This document shows, piece after piece, positions 49,135 through 62,053 of a DNA stretch of 64,000 nucleotides. Below the pieces are notes generated by a model that saw only the letters and a list, made by a program, of their open reading frames with translations, had not been told where the DNA came from and did no database searches. Positions within the stretch are counted from its first letter, which is position 1, and every line of letters begins with the position of its first letter. The position numbers and the translations under genes were made by a program. Source of the DNA: Macrostomum lignano (taxonomy: Eukaryota); NCBI GenBank assembly GCA_002269645.1, contig NIVC01000741.1:248001-312000 (forward strand), given 5' to 3'.

Positions 49135-52100
49135 AATGATCTGATTGCAATGATCTGATTGCAGTGATCTGATTGCAATGATCTGATTGCTATGATCTGA
49201 TTGTAGTGATCTGATTGCAGTGATCTGATTGCAATGATCTGATTGCAATGATCTGATTGCTATGATCTGATTGTAGTGATCTGATTGCAGTGATCTGATT
49301 GCAATGATCTGATTGCAATGATCTGATTGCAGTGATCTGATTGCAATGATCTGATTGCAGTGATCTGATTGCAGTGATCTGATTGCAATGATCTGATTGC
49401 AGTGATCTGATTGCTATGATCTGATTGTAGTGATCTGATTGCAGTGATCTGATTGCAATGATCTGATTGCAGTGATCTGATTGCTATGATCTGATTGCAG
49501 TGATCTGATTGCAATGATCTGATTTCAGTGATCTGATTGCAATGATCTGATTGCAGTGATCTGATTGCAATGATCTGATTGCAGTGATCTGATTGCAGTG
49601 ATCTGATTGCAATGATCTGATTGCAGTGATCTGATTGCAGTGATCTGATTGCAATGATCTGATTGCAGTGATCTGATTGCTATGATCTGATTGTAGTGAT
49701 CTGATTGCAGTGATCTGATTGCAATGATCTGATTGCAGTGATCTGATTGCTATGATCTGATTGTAGTGATCTGATTGCAGTGATCTGATTGTAGTGATCT
49801 GATTGCAATGATCTGATTTCAGTGATCTGATTGCAATGATCTGATTGCAGTGTTCTGATTGCAATGATCTGTTTGCAGTGATCTGATTGCTATGATCTGA
49901 TTGTAGTGATCTGATTGCAGTGATCTGATTGCAATGATCTGATTGCAGTGATCTGATTGCTATGATCTGATTGTAGTGATCTGATTGCTATGATCTGATT
50001 GTAGTGATCTGATTGCAGCGATCTGATTGTAGTGATCTGATTGCAATGATCTGATTGCAGTGATCTGATTGCAGTGATCTGATTGCAGTGATCTGTTTGT
50101 AGTGATCTGGTTGCAGTGATCTGTTTGCAGTGATCTGATTGCAATGATCTGATTGCAGTGTTCTGATTGCAATGATCTGTTTGCAGTGATCTGATTGCTA
50201 TGATCTGATTGTAGTGATCTGATTGCAATGATCTGATTGCAGTGATCTGATTGTAGTGATCTGATTGCAGTGATCTGATTGCAATGATCTGATTGCAGTG
50301 ATCTGATTGCAGTGATCTGTTTGCAGTGATCTGGTTGCAGTGATCTGTTTGCAGTGATCTGATTGCAATGATCTGATTGCAGTGTTCTGATTGCAATGAT
50401 CTGTTTGCAGTGATCTGATTGCTATGATCTGATTGTAGTGATCTGATTGCAATGATCTGATTGCAGTGATCTGATTGTAGTGATCTGATTGCAGTGATCT
50501 GATTGCAATGATCTGATTGCAGTGATCTGATTGCAGTGATCTGTTTGCAGTGATCTGGTTGCAGTGATCTGTTTGCAGTGATCTGATTGCAGTGATCTGA
50601 TTGCAGTGATCTGATTGCAATGAACTGATTGCAATGATCTGATTGCTATGATCTGATTGTAGTGATCTGATTGCAGTGATCTGATTGCAATGATCTGATT
50701 GCAGTGATCTGATTGCTATGATCTGATTGTAGTGATCTGATTGCAGTGATCTGATTGCAATGATCTGATTGCAGTGATCTGATTGCTATGATCTGATTGT
50801 AGTGATCTGATTGCTATGATCTGATTGTAGTGATCTGATTGCAGTGATCTGATTGCAATGATCTGATTGCAATGATCTGATTGCAGTGATCTGATTGCAG
50901 TGATCTGATTGCAGTGATCTGTTTGCAGTGATCTGGTTGCAGTGATCTGTTTGCAGTGATCTGATTGCAGTGATCTGATTGCAGTGATCTGATTGCAATG
51001 AACTGATTGCAATGAACTGATTGCATTGAACTGATTGCAATGAACTGATTGCAATGATCTGATTGCATTGAACTGATTGCATTGAACTGATTGCAATGAA
51101 CTGATTGCAATGATCTGATTGCAATGAACTGATTGCAATGAACTGATTGCAATGAACTGATTGCAATGATCTGATTGCAATGATCTGATTGCAGTGATCT
51201 GATTGCAGTGATCTGATTGCAATGAACTGATTGCAATGATCTGATTGCAATGATCTGATTGCAGTGATCTGATTGCAGTGATCTGATTGCAGTGATCTGA
51301 TTGCAATGATCTGATTGCAATGATCTGATTGCAATGATCTGATTGCAATGATCTGATTGCAGTGATCTGTTTGCAGTGATCTGATTGCAGTGATCTGATT
51401 GCAGTGATCTGATTGCAATGAACTGATTGCAATGATCTGATTGCTATGATCTGATTGTAGTGATCTGATTGCAGTGATCTGATTGCAATGATCTGATTGC
51501 AGTGATCTGATTGCTATGATCTGATTGTAGTGATCTGATTGCAGTGATCTGATTGCAATGATCTGATTGCAGTGATCTGATTGCTATGATCTGATTGTAG
51601 TGATCTGATTGCTATGATCTGATTGTAGTGATCTGATTGCAGTGATCTGATTGCAATGATCTGATTGCAATGATCTGATTGCAGTGATCTGATTGCAGTG
51701 ATCTGATTGCAGTGATCTGTTTGCAGTGATCTGGTTGCAGTGATCTGTTTGCAGTGATCTGATTGCAGTGATCTGATTGCAGTGATCTGATTGCAATGAA
51801 CTGATTGCAATGAACTGATTGCATTGAACTGATTGCAATGAACTGATTGCAATGATCTGATTGCATTGAACTGATTGCATTGAACTGATTGCAATGAACT
51901 GATTGCAATGATCTGATTGCAATGAACTGATTGCAATGAACTGATTGCAATGAACTGATTGCAATGATCTGATTGCAATGATCTGATTGCAGTGATCTGA
52001 TTGCAGTGATCTGATTGCAATGAACTGATTGCAATGATCTGATTGCAATGATCTGATTGCAGTGATCTGATTGCAGTGATCTGATTGCAGTGATCTGATT

Positions 52101-52345
52101 GCAATGATCTGATTGCAATGATCTGATTGCAATGATCTGATTGCAATGATCTGATTGCAGTGATCTGATTGCAGTGATCTGATTGCAGTGATCTGATTGC
52201 AGTGATCTGATTGCAGTGATCTGATTGCAGTGATCTGATTGCAGTGATCTGATTGCAATGATCTGATTGCAATGATCTGATTGCAGCGATCTGGTTGCAG
52301 TGATCTGATTGCAGTGATCTGATTGCAGTGATCTGATTGCAGTGA
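49135..52345. repeat. 14-bp satellite (TGATCTGATTGCAG)n, 3.2 kb, with a 798-bp higher-order duplication
   Basis: Direct periodicity; the GAACTGATTGCATT variant block recurs at ~51000 and ~51800. Confidence 0.95.
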
Positions 52346-53044
52346 ATGCGCTTGCAACAGCGAAAAACAACTCGTATGTAAATCATAATAAAATCATGTT
52401 AAGTAGCAGAATTTTATGAAATTCGGTTGAAAAATTTCGCGGTGTCGATGCGCTACTCAATGAGTAGTGTGTAGCAGCCAGTAGTGGTTAAATGTTTTCT
52501 TGTGCGACTTTGCTGGAATGAAGTGGTGGCCCTTCTAAATATTAACAACAGTTATAAATGGACACATTTCCTCGCCAATAGGATTTATCTGCTGCCAAGG
52601 ACACTTTGAACTAGAATTTCGGACTGCCAACGCTTCCACGAATGTTCAGTTCTTTACAGTCTCCGCGACTGCAGGATTTTGCTTGAAGGTCTCCTTGGCC
52701 GCAGCGCAGTTCACACTGGGAGAACTTGGGCTTACGAGAGACGGGAGCAGCCCAAATCAGGGAGGTGGCAGTTAAAAGTGCGCTGGCAATGTGCAGCACT
52801 GAAGAGAATTCTACAGTCGAGGTCAGCCCACAGATCTTATATATATAAGCCTGCAGGGTCACCAGCAGCTGCGAAAAAAGACGAATTGCTGACAGAATCT
52901 GCTGCTTTCGGCGCGGCTCAGCGATTCTCCCGTCAAGATTTTTTAACCCGATTGGTTCCGCATGGTGACTGCAAAAACAGGTGGGCTTCCCTGCGTTCGT
53001 TCTGTGAGCAGAACTTTCACTGAAATTTGATCATCTGAGTAATG

Positions 53045-53295
53045 CATCCTCAACCTATCTCAGCCTATGAGCATCCAATCTCAGCTATGAGCATCCAATC
53101 TCAGCCTATGAGCATCCAATCTCAGCCTATGAGCATCCAATCTCAGCCTATGAGCATCCAATCTCAGCCTATGAGCATCCAATCTCAGCCTATGAGCATC
53201 CAATCTCAGCCTATGAGCATCCAATCTCAGCCTATGAGCATCCAATCTCAGCCTATGAGCATCCAATCTCAGCCTATGAGCATCCAATCTCAGCA
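53045..53295. repeat. 21-bp tandem repeat (GAGCATCCAATCTCAGCCTAT)n
   Basis: About 12 copies. Confidence 0.95.
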
Positions 53296-53407
53296 AATGC
53301 GCATTCAATCTTAGCTACTCGTGAAAATCAATTGGAGCAAAGGTGATGTTTTGATCATAGACAGTGTTTCCTGGGGTGTTTTCATGTTTCCGAAACAGTG
53401 TCCGAGT

Positions 53408-54715
53408 TATGAAGTATCAGAGATATGAAGTGTCAGAGATATGAAGTGTCAGAGATATGAAGTGTAGTGACTTGGTTTGTGTTGTGTGGGGTGCTGGGGG
53501 TTGCTGCGTACACTTTACCATCGTGCCCTTCAACTCTCTCCTTCGCTTGTTCTTTTGTGCGTACGTGCACGTGACTAATATGTCTATTTTACAGTCCCCA
53601 AATTATTGATCGGTTAAAATACTATTTCGACAAATACATATATGAAATCTTTCTGCCACGCAAACTAAGTGAAGTCTTTACAGTGGCGACGAGGCATGAG
53701 CTTGGTTGGCTCCATAGAACCCTATGAAGAGGGCACTGAAAAGTGGATTCAGTACCAAGAAAGACTGGAGCAGTATTTTGAGGCTAATGATATCAAAGAA
53801 GAGAAGAAGCGTGCCGTTCTCCTTAGCGTCTGCGGCAAGAAGACGTATCAGTTGCTTGCCAGCCTGCTGTCTCCAGAGTCGCCTGCCCAGTCCAGCTACA
53901 CTGCGATCTGCGCTAAGCTGAAAGAGCATTTCGACCCTGAGCCCCCTGAGATCGTGCTACGTTACCGTTTCTACTCCAGGAGTCGCCAAGTTGGTGAATC
54001 GCGGATTTTCTCGCGGATCTTCGCAGACTGGCACGGGACTGCAACTTCGGCGGCAGCCTGAATGACATGATCAGAGACCGGCTCGTGCTTGGCATCGCTG
54101 ACGACAACATCCAGCGAAGGCTTCTTTCGGAGAAGAAGCTGACTCTCGAAACCGCAATATCTCTGGCGCAAGCTCAAGCGTCGGCCGCTGAGGGCAATCT
54201 TCTCGTGATGAAATCTGTGAGTCAGGACGCCTTTCAGATAGCACACCAGCCACAGTCCACTGGACGCTGCTTTCGTTGCCGGTCGCAGCGGCGCGTCGCG
54301 GCGAAGTGCCCGTTTGCTGACAAGAAGTGCTTCAACTGTTCGAAGGTGGGCCATACGGCTGCTGCCTGTAAGTCTCCTGCGGGTTCGAATCGTCGCATGG
54401 ACCATAATGTTTCGCTTTCGACATATTCGAATACTATTTCGACAAATACATATATGAATGATTTTATCATGCTATCGCATAAGCATCTTTCTGCCACGCA
54501 AACTAAGTGAAGTCTTTACATGAAGTGTCAGAGATATGAAGTGTCAGAGATATGAAGTGTCAGAGATATGAAGCGTCAGAGATATGAAGTGTCAGAGATA
54601 TGAAGTGTCAGAGATATGAAGCGTCAGAGATATGAAGTGTCAGAGATATGAAGTGTGTCAGAGATATGAAGTGTCAGAGATATGAAGTGTCAGAGATATG
54701 AAGTGTCAGAGATAT
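53408..54715. repeat. 16-bp tandem array (ATGAAGTGTCAGAGAT)n interrupted by an LTR element
   Basis: Units at 53408-53462 and 54521-54715. Confidence 0.9.
53463..54520 (+). mobile_element. Internally deleted Gypsy element (gag only): 5' LTR 53463-53682, PBS 53684-53694, frameshifted gag with two Zn-knuckle-like motifs, 3' LTR remnant 54430-54520
   Basis: TGT...ACA ends; TSD TGAAG (53458-53462, 54521-54525); PBS TGGCGACGAGG; gag ERLEQYFEAN...KRAVLLSVCG, IRDRLVLGI, CFNCSKVGHTAAAC. Confidence 0.9.
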
Positions 54716-54946
54716 ACAGAGCCTTGAAACAGCTTGCTTGGCTTGCAGTGGATAATAGGTCATGATTTTGGTCAAGATTTCATAGAAATGTTTTTCTAGT
54801 CAATTTCAAATGATTATTCGAATACTTTTGAATAATTTTGGGGTCTATTTGAATAAGGTAAAATGAAATTGTCGATTTTATATGATTTTTTACTTTCTTT
54901 ATTCGATATTTAAATGCAACTCAGTGCTTCAATTGATATAATAATA

Positions 54947-55223
54947 TTGGGCCAGTTGTGCAACCGACAGCTCAGCCGCAGCTATTGCGCGGCGCATCTG
55001 AAGGCTGCGTACGGCTGTTCAGTCCAAGGACTGGGGGGGTCGCCACACACACCCTCAATTACCCCAGCTAATGCTGGCACCCATTTTACAGCTGGGTGAA
55101 CTGAAGCAATGCAGAGTTAAGTGTCTTGCTCAAGGATACAATGTGATCCAGTGGGATCTTGGATCGAACCCCCGACCTTCAAGTCGTGAGTCCGACGCTC
55201 TAACCACTAGGCTACAACCCCTA
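54947..55223 (-). mobile_element. tRNA-derived SINE with CORE-like domain, copy 2; its 5' end is continuous with the 26-bp satellite
   Basis: Minus strand GGGGTTGTAGCCTAGTGGTTAGAGCGTCGGACTCACGACTTGAAGGTCGGGGGTTCGATCC, then ATCCTTGAGCAAGACACTTAAC...CAGCTGTAAAATGGG. Confidence 0.8.
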
Positions 55224-56686
55224 CTCTAACCACTAGGCTACAACCCCTACTCTAACCACTAGGCTACAACCCCTACTCTAACCACTAGGCTACAGCCCCT
55301 ACTCTAACCACTAGGCTACAGCCCCTACTCTAACCACTAGGCTACAACCCCTACTCTAACCACTAGGCTACAACCCCTACTCTAACCACTAGGCTACAAC
55401 CCCTACTCTAACCACTAGGCTACAACCCCTACCCTAACCACTAGGCTACAACCCCTACTCTAACCACTAGGCTACAACCCCTACTCTAACCACTAGGCTA
55501 CAACCCCTACTCTAACCACTAGGCTACAACCCCTACTCTAACCACTAGGCTACAACCCCTACTCTAACCACTAGGCTGCAACCCCTACTCTAACCACTAG
55601 GCTACAGCCCCTACTCTAACCACTAGGCTACAACCCCTACTCTAACCACTAGGCTACAACCCCTACTCTAACCACTAGGCTACAACCCCTACTCTAACCA
55701 CTAGGCTACAACCCCTACTCTAACCACTAGGCTGCAACCCCTACTCTAACCACTAGGCTACAGCCCCTACTCTAACCACTAGGCTACAACCCCTACCCTA
55801 ACCACTAGGCTACAACCCCTACTCTAACCACTAGGCTACAACCCCTACCCTAACCACTAGGCTACAACCCCTACTCTAACCACTAGGCTACAGCCCCTAC
55901 TCTAACCACTAGGCTACAACCCCTACTCTAACCACTAGGCTACAGCCCCTACTCTAACCACTAGGCTACAACCCCTACTCTAACCACTAGGCTACAACCC
56001 CTACTCTAACCACTAGGCTACAACCCCTACTCTAACCACTAGGCTACAACCCCTACTCTAACCACTAGGCTACAACCCCTACTCTAACCACTAGGCTGCA
56101 ACCCCTACTCTAACCACTAGGCTACAGCCCCTACTCTAACCACTAGGCTACAACCCCTACTCTAACCACTAGGCTACAACCCCTACTCTAACCACTAGGC
56201 TACAACCCCTACTCTAACCACTAGGCTACAACCCCTACTCTAACCACTAGGCTACAACCCCTACTCTAACCACTAGGCTACAACCCCTACTCTAACCACT
56301 AGGCTACAACCCCTACTCTAACCACTAGGCTACAACCCCTACTCTAACCACTAGGCTACAGCCCCTACTCTAACCACTAGGCTACAACCCCTACTCTAAC
56401 CACTAGGCTACAACCCCTACTCTAACCACTAGGCTACAACCCCTACTCTAACCACTAGGCTACAACCCCTACTCTAACCACTAGGCTACAGCCCCTACTC
56501 TAACCACTAGGCTACAACCCCTACTCTAACCACTAGGCTACAGCCCCTACTCTAACCACTAGGCTACAACCCCTACTCTAACCACTAGGCTACAACCCCT
56601 ACTCTAACCACTAGGCTACAACCCCTACCCTAACCACTAGGCTACAACCCCTACCCTAACCACTAGGCTACAACCCCTACTCTAAC
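55198..56686 (-). repeat. 26-bp satellite made of the SINE tRNA head (GGGGTTGTAGCCTAGTGGTTAGAGTA)n, part 1
   Basis: About 57 units; the unit equals the first ~25 nt of the adjacent SINE. Confidence 0.95.
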
Positions 56687-59600
56687 TGTGATGAATTGAG
56701 ATTGAGACGAAGCGATTGAATTGGCTTGAGCCGCAAGTTGTAAACAGCGTTTCTTAACTGACGCGTTGGTCCTTTATATTGTATTATAGAACTGAGTGCA
56801 TGTAGTTAGGATGAACGATGTACATTGCGAAGAAGTACTGTACGTATAAATAGAAATCGATCAGTTCAGTGGAGGGGGAGGGTCTAAAATGGTAAGCTAA
56901 AATTGAGCAGCCAAACGCACAAAGCAGTATAGTTCGAATCGGTATAAGACAGCCAATTCACACTTCCCTCCCCAAGGGGAAGTGGGATCAATGAGATGAA
57001 TTTTTTACGAAAAGCGAATCGACGATAGCGTACATGTAGTATTGTAGTATTGGAAAACAATCGAATTAGCAAACACAATTGCAGAGCAGATAAAAAGTAA
57101 GGAAATAAAATTGTGTCGAACAAAATAGCGAAATATTGCATTGTCGAAAACTAGAATTAGTAGGGAATCAATAATTTGTATTGGAGAAACATACGTAATA
57201 ATGGGTTGCATGAAAGACAGGAGAATTTGCAAAAAGTCAGTTCAAGATCATTGTCAGCTCCCGCACAGCCACTCATCACACCCCCACTTGAAGTCGCTCT
57301 GGACATGACCGAATTCGAGGCGGGTATCGGCGGGTCGCACCCTCTGGAAAGTGGTCAGGTACGTCCGCGTCCGCGGCTGCCGCCTTGTCTGCCGGGCCTG
57401 CGGGGACCGCGGCTCTTTCCTCCGATGGTGGCTGGATAGCGGGCTCGGAGACAGCCGCGGGGCTCAGAACATCTAGAGCCGGAGGCGCCGACGATGGAGT
57501 CGAGATGCTGGTGCCGAGGTGCTGAGACTCAGCGGCGGATGGCGGAGGCTGCTCCGAATCAGGCAGCATCTGGTCAACGTGCCGCCGGACGATGCTGGTG
57601 CCGACTCGAACATCGTAGTTCCGTTGCGACGCCGCGACGACCACTCCAGGCAGCCAGCCGGATTCCTTGCCGAATCCGGAAACAATAACCACTATTGTCG
57701 GAAACAATAATTCTTGGTAGGCCCAGACGGCTGAAGATTTCACAGAGATGTGCGATGGTGCTGTCTGCTGAAGTATCCTTGACTAGACGAACCTCGGGCC
57801 ATTTGCTGTGAGCGTCCATGATGACCAGGTAGACTCGCCCATTAACAGGACCAGCAAAGTCCAAGTGAATTCTGCTCCAAGGTTCGCTGGAAAATATCCA
57901 AGGATGCACCGGAGCTTTGGCTGGATCAGACTGGTGAGCCTTGCAGGTTTCGCAGGTTCTAGCCAACTGCTCCAAGTCCTTGTCCAGCCTTGGCCACCAA
58001 ACAAAACTGCGTGCCAGGGCTTTCATGCGACTGGCACCGGTGTGAGCCAAATGGAGTTCCTGTAGGACGGCCTTGCGCAGGGCCTCCGGGATTATCACGC
58101 GAGTCCCCCAGAGTAAGCAGCCGGCTTCGATGGTCATCTCGTTTTGCTGATGAGCGAACTCTGGAAATTCTTTGCCGGATAGTCGCTCTCTGGATTGCAG
58201 AAGGCGAAGCAGCTTGGACAGTATAGGGTCAGCCAGAGTTGCTTTGGCGACCAAAGCCGCAGTCACAGCAATGGAAGAGTCCTCCTCGAGCGTGAGCGAG
58301 TGCACCGCCTCTTCTTCAATAAAGTTTCCTTTTAGAGGCAATCGAGAAAGAGAGTCGCAATTGCTGTGCTTCTGGGTGGGCCTGAACTCCATGGCGTACC
58401 GGTATCCAGATAGACGGATGGCCCATCGCTGCATCCTGGCAGCCGCACGTGTCGGAATCTCTTTGTCTGGGCCCAGCAGTCCCAGCAGAGGCTGATGGTC
58501 AATGACAATCGTAAAGTGCCGCCCATAGAGGAATTGATGGAAGCGTTGGACACCGTAGATTATGGCTAGTGCCTCCTTATCCAGCTGAGAATAGTTTCGC
58601 TGGGCTGAAGTCAGCGACTTGCTAGCAAATGCGATCGCATGATCCTGACCGCCCACCCGGTGACTGAGAACCACGCCAATGCCGTACGCGGAAGCGTCGC
58701 ACTCGAGACGAATCGGCAGATTTGGATCAAAGTGCATCAGAGCTTTTGATTCGAGCAGCATTCGCTTCGATGCTTGGAAGGCTTCGTTCTCGCGGTCGCT
58801 CCAAAGCCAGCTGACGCCCTTCGACAAGAGCTGATTAAGCGGCGCCACGACTGATGCCAGATTGGGAAGAAACTTGGCGTAATGCGTTAGCATTCCCAAA
58901 TAGGATCGCAGCTGAGATACGTCTTTCGGAGCCGGCGCGTTCTGAACTGCGTCGACCTTGCTCTCGAGCGGCCGCAGCCCGTGTTGGTCAATTCGGTGGC
59001 CCAGATAGTCGATGGAGTCTTGGAAGAAAGCACACTTGGTGACGTTGAGACGTAGTCCGGCCTCTTGAAGCTTGTGCAGGACTTTTTTTGCAGCAGATTT
59101 TCTTTGTGAGCCGCCAGTGAAGACCCGGTAACCAGGATGTCGTCCTGATAAACCTGGACGCCGTTGAGATGCCCGAGCAGACTGTCAAGGATGCGTTGAA
59201 AAATTGCACTGGCCGAGCAGATACCGAATGGCAGGCGGTTCACCTTGAACAGTCCACGTTGAGTGTTGATAACGAGGTACTGTTTGCTGTCTTCTGATAT
59301 TGGGAGCTGCATGCCTTTGCCAGGTCGAGTTTGCTCCATTTGTGGCCGCCACCCAGTCTCGCAAATAAATCTTCGATCCTCGGCAGCGGGTAGTGCTCTT
59401 GCTTTGCGACCTGGTTGAATGTGCACTTGTAATCTCCGCAGATTCGTACAGAACCGTCCTTCTTTACTACTGGCACAATCGGGGCAGCCCATCGAGAAGT
59501 CGCTATTGGAGTGATGACCCCTTCTGATTCCATGCGCTGAAGCTTTAAATCGACGGTCTCACGCAGAGCATAGGGAATCGGTCGCGCCTTGTAAAACCTT

Positions 59601-60938
59601 GGCGTAGCATTTTCTTGTAAATGAAGATCACTTCACTGAGGCGATACTTACCGAGACCCTCGGCGAAGACATCCGGAAACTGACGGACCAGCTCAGTAGC
59701 CATATCGTTAGGTGCTGCGATCAACGAGTTGACGGGTGCTGTCAAGCGAGGCCAGTCTAGGCGGATGACGGTTAGCCAGTTGCGTCCCAGGAGTCGAGCG
59801 CTGCCTTCAGACACCACGAGTAGCGGCAGAGAAGCTTCCTGCCCTTCGTAAGTGACCTTCACTGTTACTTCTCCGATCGGAGAGAACTCCTGGTCCGTGT
59901 AGGTTCGCAGAGTCGTCTTGGACGGATGCAGTCGCAGATGAGACAGATGGCTATCATAGAATGCCTTAGGAACGAGACTTACAGCAGATCCTGTGTCCAG
60001 CTCAAAATGAGATTGCACTTCCTCGATTTGCAGAGGCACCAGAATGGGGACTTGGAAGTCATTGAGACATGAAATATTGGCTCTTCCTCGTAGTTTTCTT
60101 CGTCGTACTAAGACCCGGTTTCATTCTCCTCCAGGAGTTTCACAGATTTTGCTGACCTGCAAACCTTCTTAATGTGGCCAACCTTCCCGCAAGCATGGCA
60201 TTTCGAGTTACGGAATTTACAGTTCTGACGCGAATGTGGACCTCCACAGCTGTCGCAGGTGCCTGGCTTGGATGCTGATCCAGCGGGACCAGAGTGTTGG
60301 CTGATGTTGTACTGTGCTCTCGGGCGTGCCACTGATGGATTCGCGCTGACTCGATTGGTTGCTGAAGTGTGCGCCATCTCGCTTGAAGATTTGTGAGCAG
60401 CTTCGAGGTCCAAGGCCAGTTTGATCAGCCCAGCGTACGAATGATCCGAACTCTCGAGTAGCTTAGAGCGGAAATTGTCGCTTCTCATTCCGAACAAAAA
60501 CTGATCTCGAAGTCGCTCCTGAAGGGATTCGCCAAACTTGCAATGGTTTGCAGCGTTTTTCAGTCCTGCCAAGAAGTTAGCGAAAGATTCACCATCTTGC
60601 TAAAGACGTTGCTGAAATTTGAAACGTGCGGCGATCTCCGAAGGTTCAGGCGAGCAATGCTTCTTTAGTATGTCCTGCAGCTCTTCGTAGGATTTTTGAG
60701 TCAGTTTCTGTGGCTGACACAAGTCGCGAAGCAATTTGTAGTACTTCTCACCAATGGCAGTAAGAAAGATAGCACGCTTGGCCTCAGCAGTCTCAACTTT
60801 GTTGCATAGGAAATATTGGTTCATGCGCTCAGCGTAGATTTCAAGGTCTGATTCAGCAGAAAGTTCTGGAATTTGGCCAAAAGTCCTCGTCGCCATTGTG
60901 ATGAATTGATTGACGAATTGACTGACAGCCAATTCACA
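56687..60938 (-). mobile_element. Decayed Gypsy LTR retrotransposon (gag-PR-RT-RH-partial IN); 3' LTR 56687-57280, 5' LTR collapsed to 60897-60938
   Basis: LTR termini TGTGATGA...TCATCACA; purine-rich tract before 57280; PBS TGGCGACGAGGA (60895-60884); TSD CTAAC (56682-56686, 60939-60943). Motifs FELDTGSAVS, WAAPIVPVVKKDGSVRICGDY, YQDDILV, CDASAYGIG, HLAHTG...ARSFVWWP, RIHLDFAGP, IVSDN. Stops, frameshifts and an integrase-core deletion. Confidence 0.92.
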
Positions 60939-61765
60939 CTAACCACTAGGCTACAGCCCCTACTCTAACCACTAGGCTACAACCCCTACTCTAACCACTA
61001 GGCTACAACCCCTACTCTAACCACTAGGCTACAACCCCTACTCTAACCACTAGGCTACAGCCCCTACTCTAACCACTAGGCTACAGCCCCTACTCTAACC
61101 ACTAGGCTACAGCCCCTACTCTAACCACTAGGCTACAACCCCTACTCTAACCACTAGGCTACAACCCCTACTCTAACCACTAGGCTACAGCCCCTACTCT
61201 AACCACTAGGCTACAACCCCTACTCTAACCACTAGGCTACAACCCCTACTCTAACCACTAGGCTACAGCCCCTACTCTAACCACTAGGCTACAACCCCTA
61301 CTCTAACCACTAGGCTACAACCCCTACTCTAACCACTAGGCTACAACTCCTACTCTAACCACTAGGCTACAGCCCCTACTCTAACCACTAGGCTACAACT
61401 CCTACTCTAACCACTAGGCTACAGCCCCTACTCTAACCACTAGGCTACAACCCCTACTCTAACCACTAGGCTACAACCCCTACTCTAACCACTAGGCTAC
61501 AACCCCTACTCTAACCACTAGGCTACAACCCCTACTCTAACCACTAGGCTACAACCCCTACTCTAACCACTAGGCTACAGCCCCTACTCTAACCACTAGG
61601 CTACAACCCCTACTCTAACCACTAGGCTACAACCCCTACTCTAACCACTAGGCTACAACCCCTACTCTAACCACTAGGCTACAACCCCTACTCTAACCAC
61701 TAGGCTACAACCCCTACTCTAACCACTAGGCTACAACCCCTACTCTAACCACTAGGCTACAACCC
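60939..61765 (-). repeat. 26-bp SINE-head satellite, part 2
   Basis: About 32 units, same register as part 1. Confidence 0.95.
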
Positions 61766-62053
61766 AAGTTTAATTTAATTTGATGCAAACCTTGGCCGCA
61801 AGCCGAACCCGCTGTAATCGCATGAGTCGCATCTCACAAGGAACATCGCCTGCATGTAGAACGAATCGCGGAAAACAAGGTGAAGCTGAAGTGCGGGTGA
61901 AACTTGATACTCGACTTCGCGGCCGCACCTCGAATGGCAGGAAATTCCAACCAGCTTCAAGGGTTACTTCCGGCTTTCTTTCTAGGAAAATTAAAATCAA
62001 GTCAGGAAACTAATTTATTCTGGGGCTTTCTAGGAAAGCTCAGCGCACAAAGC

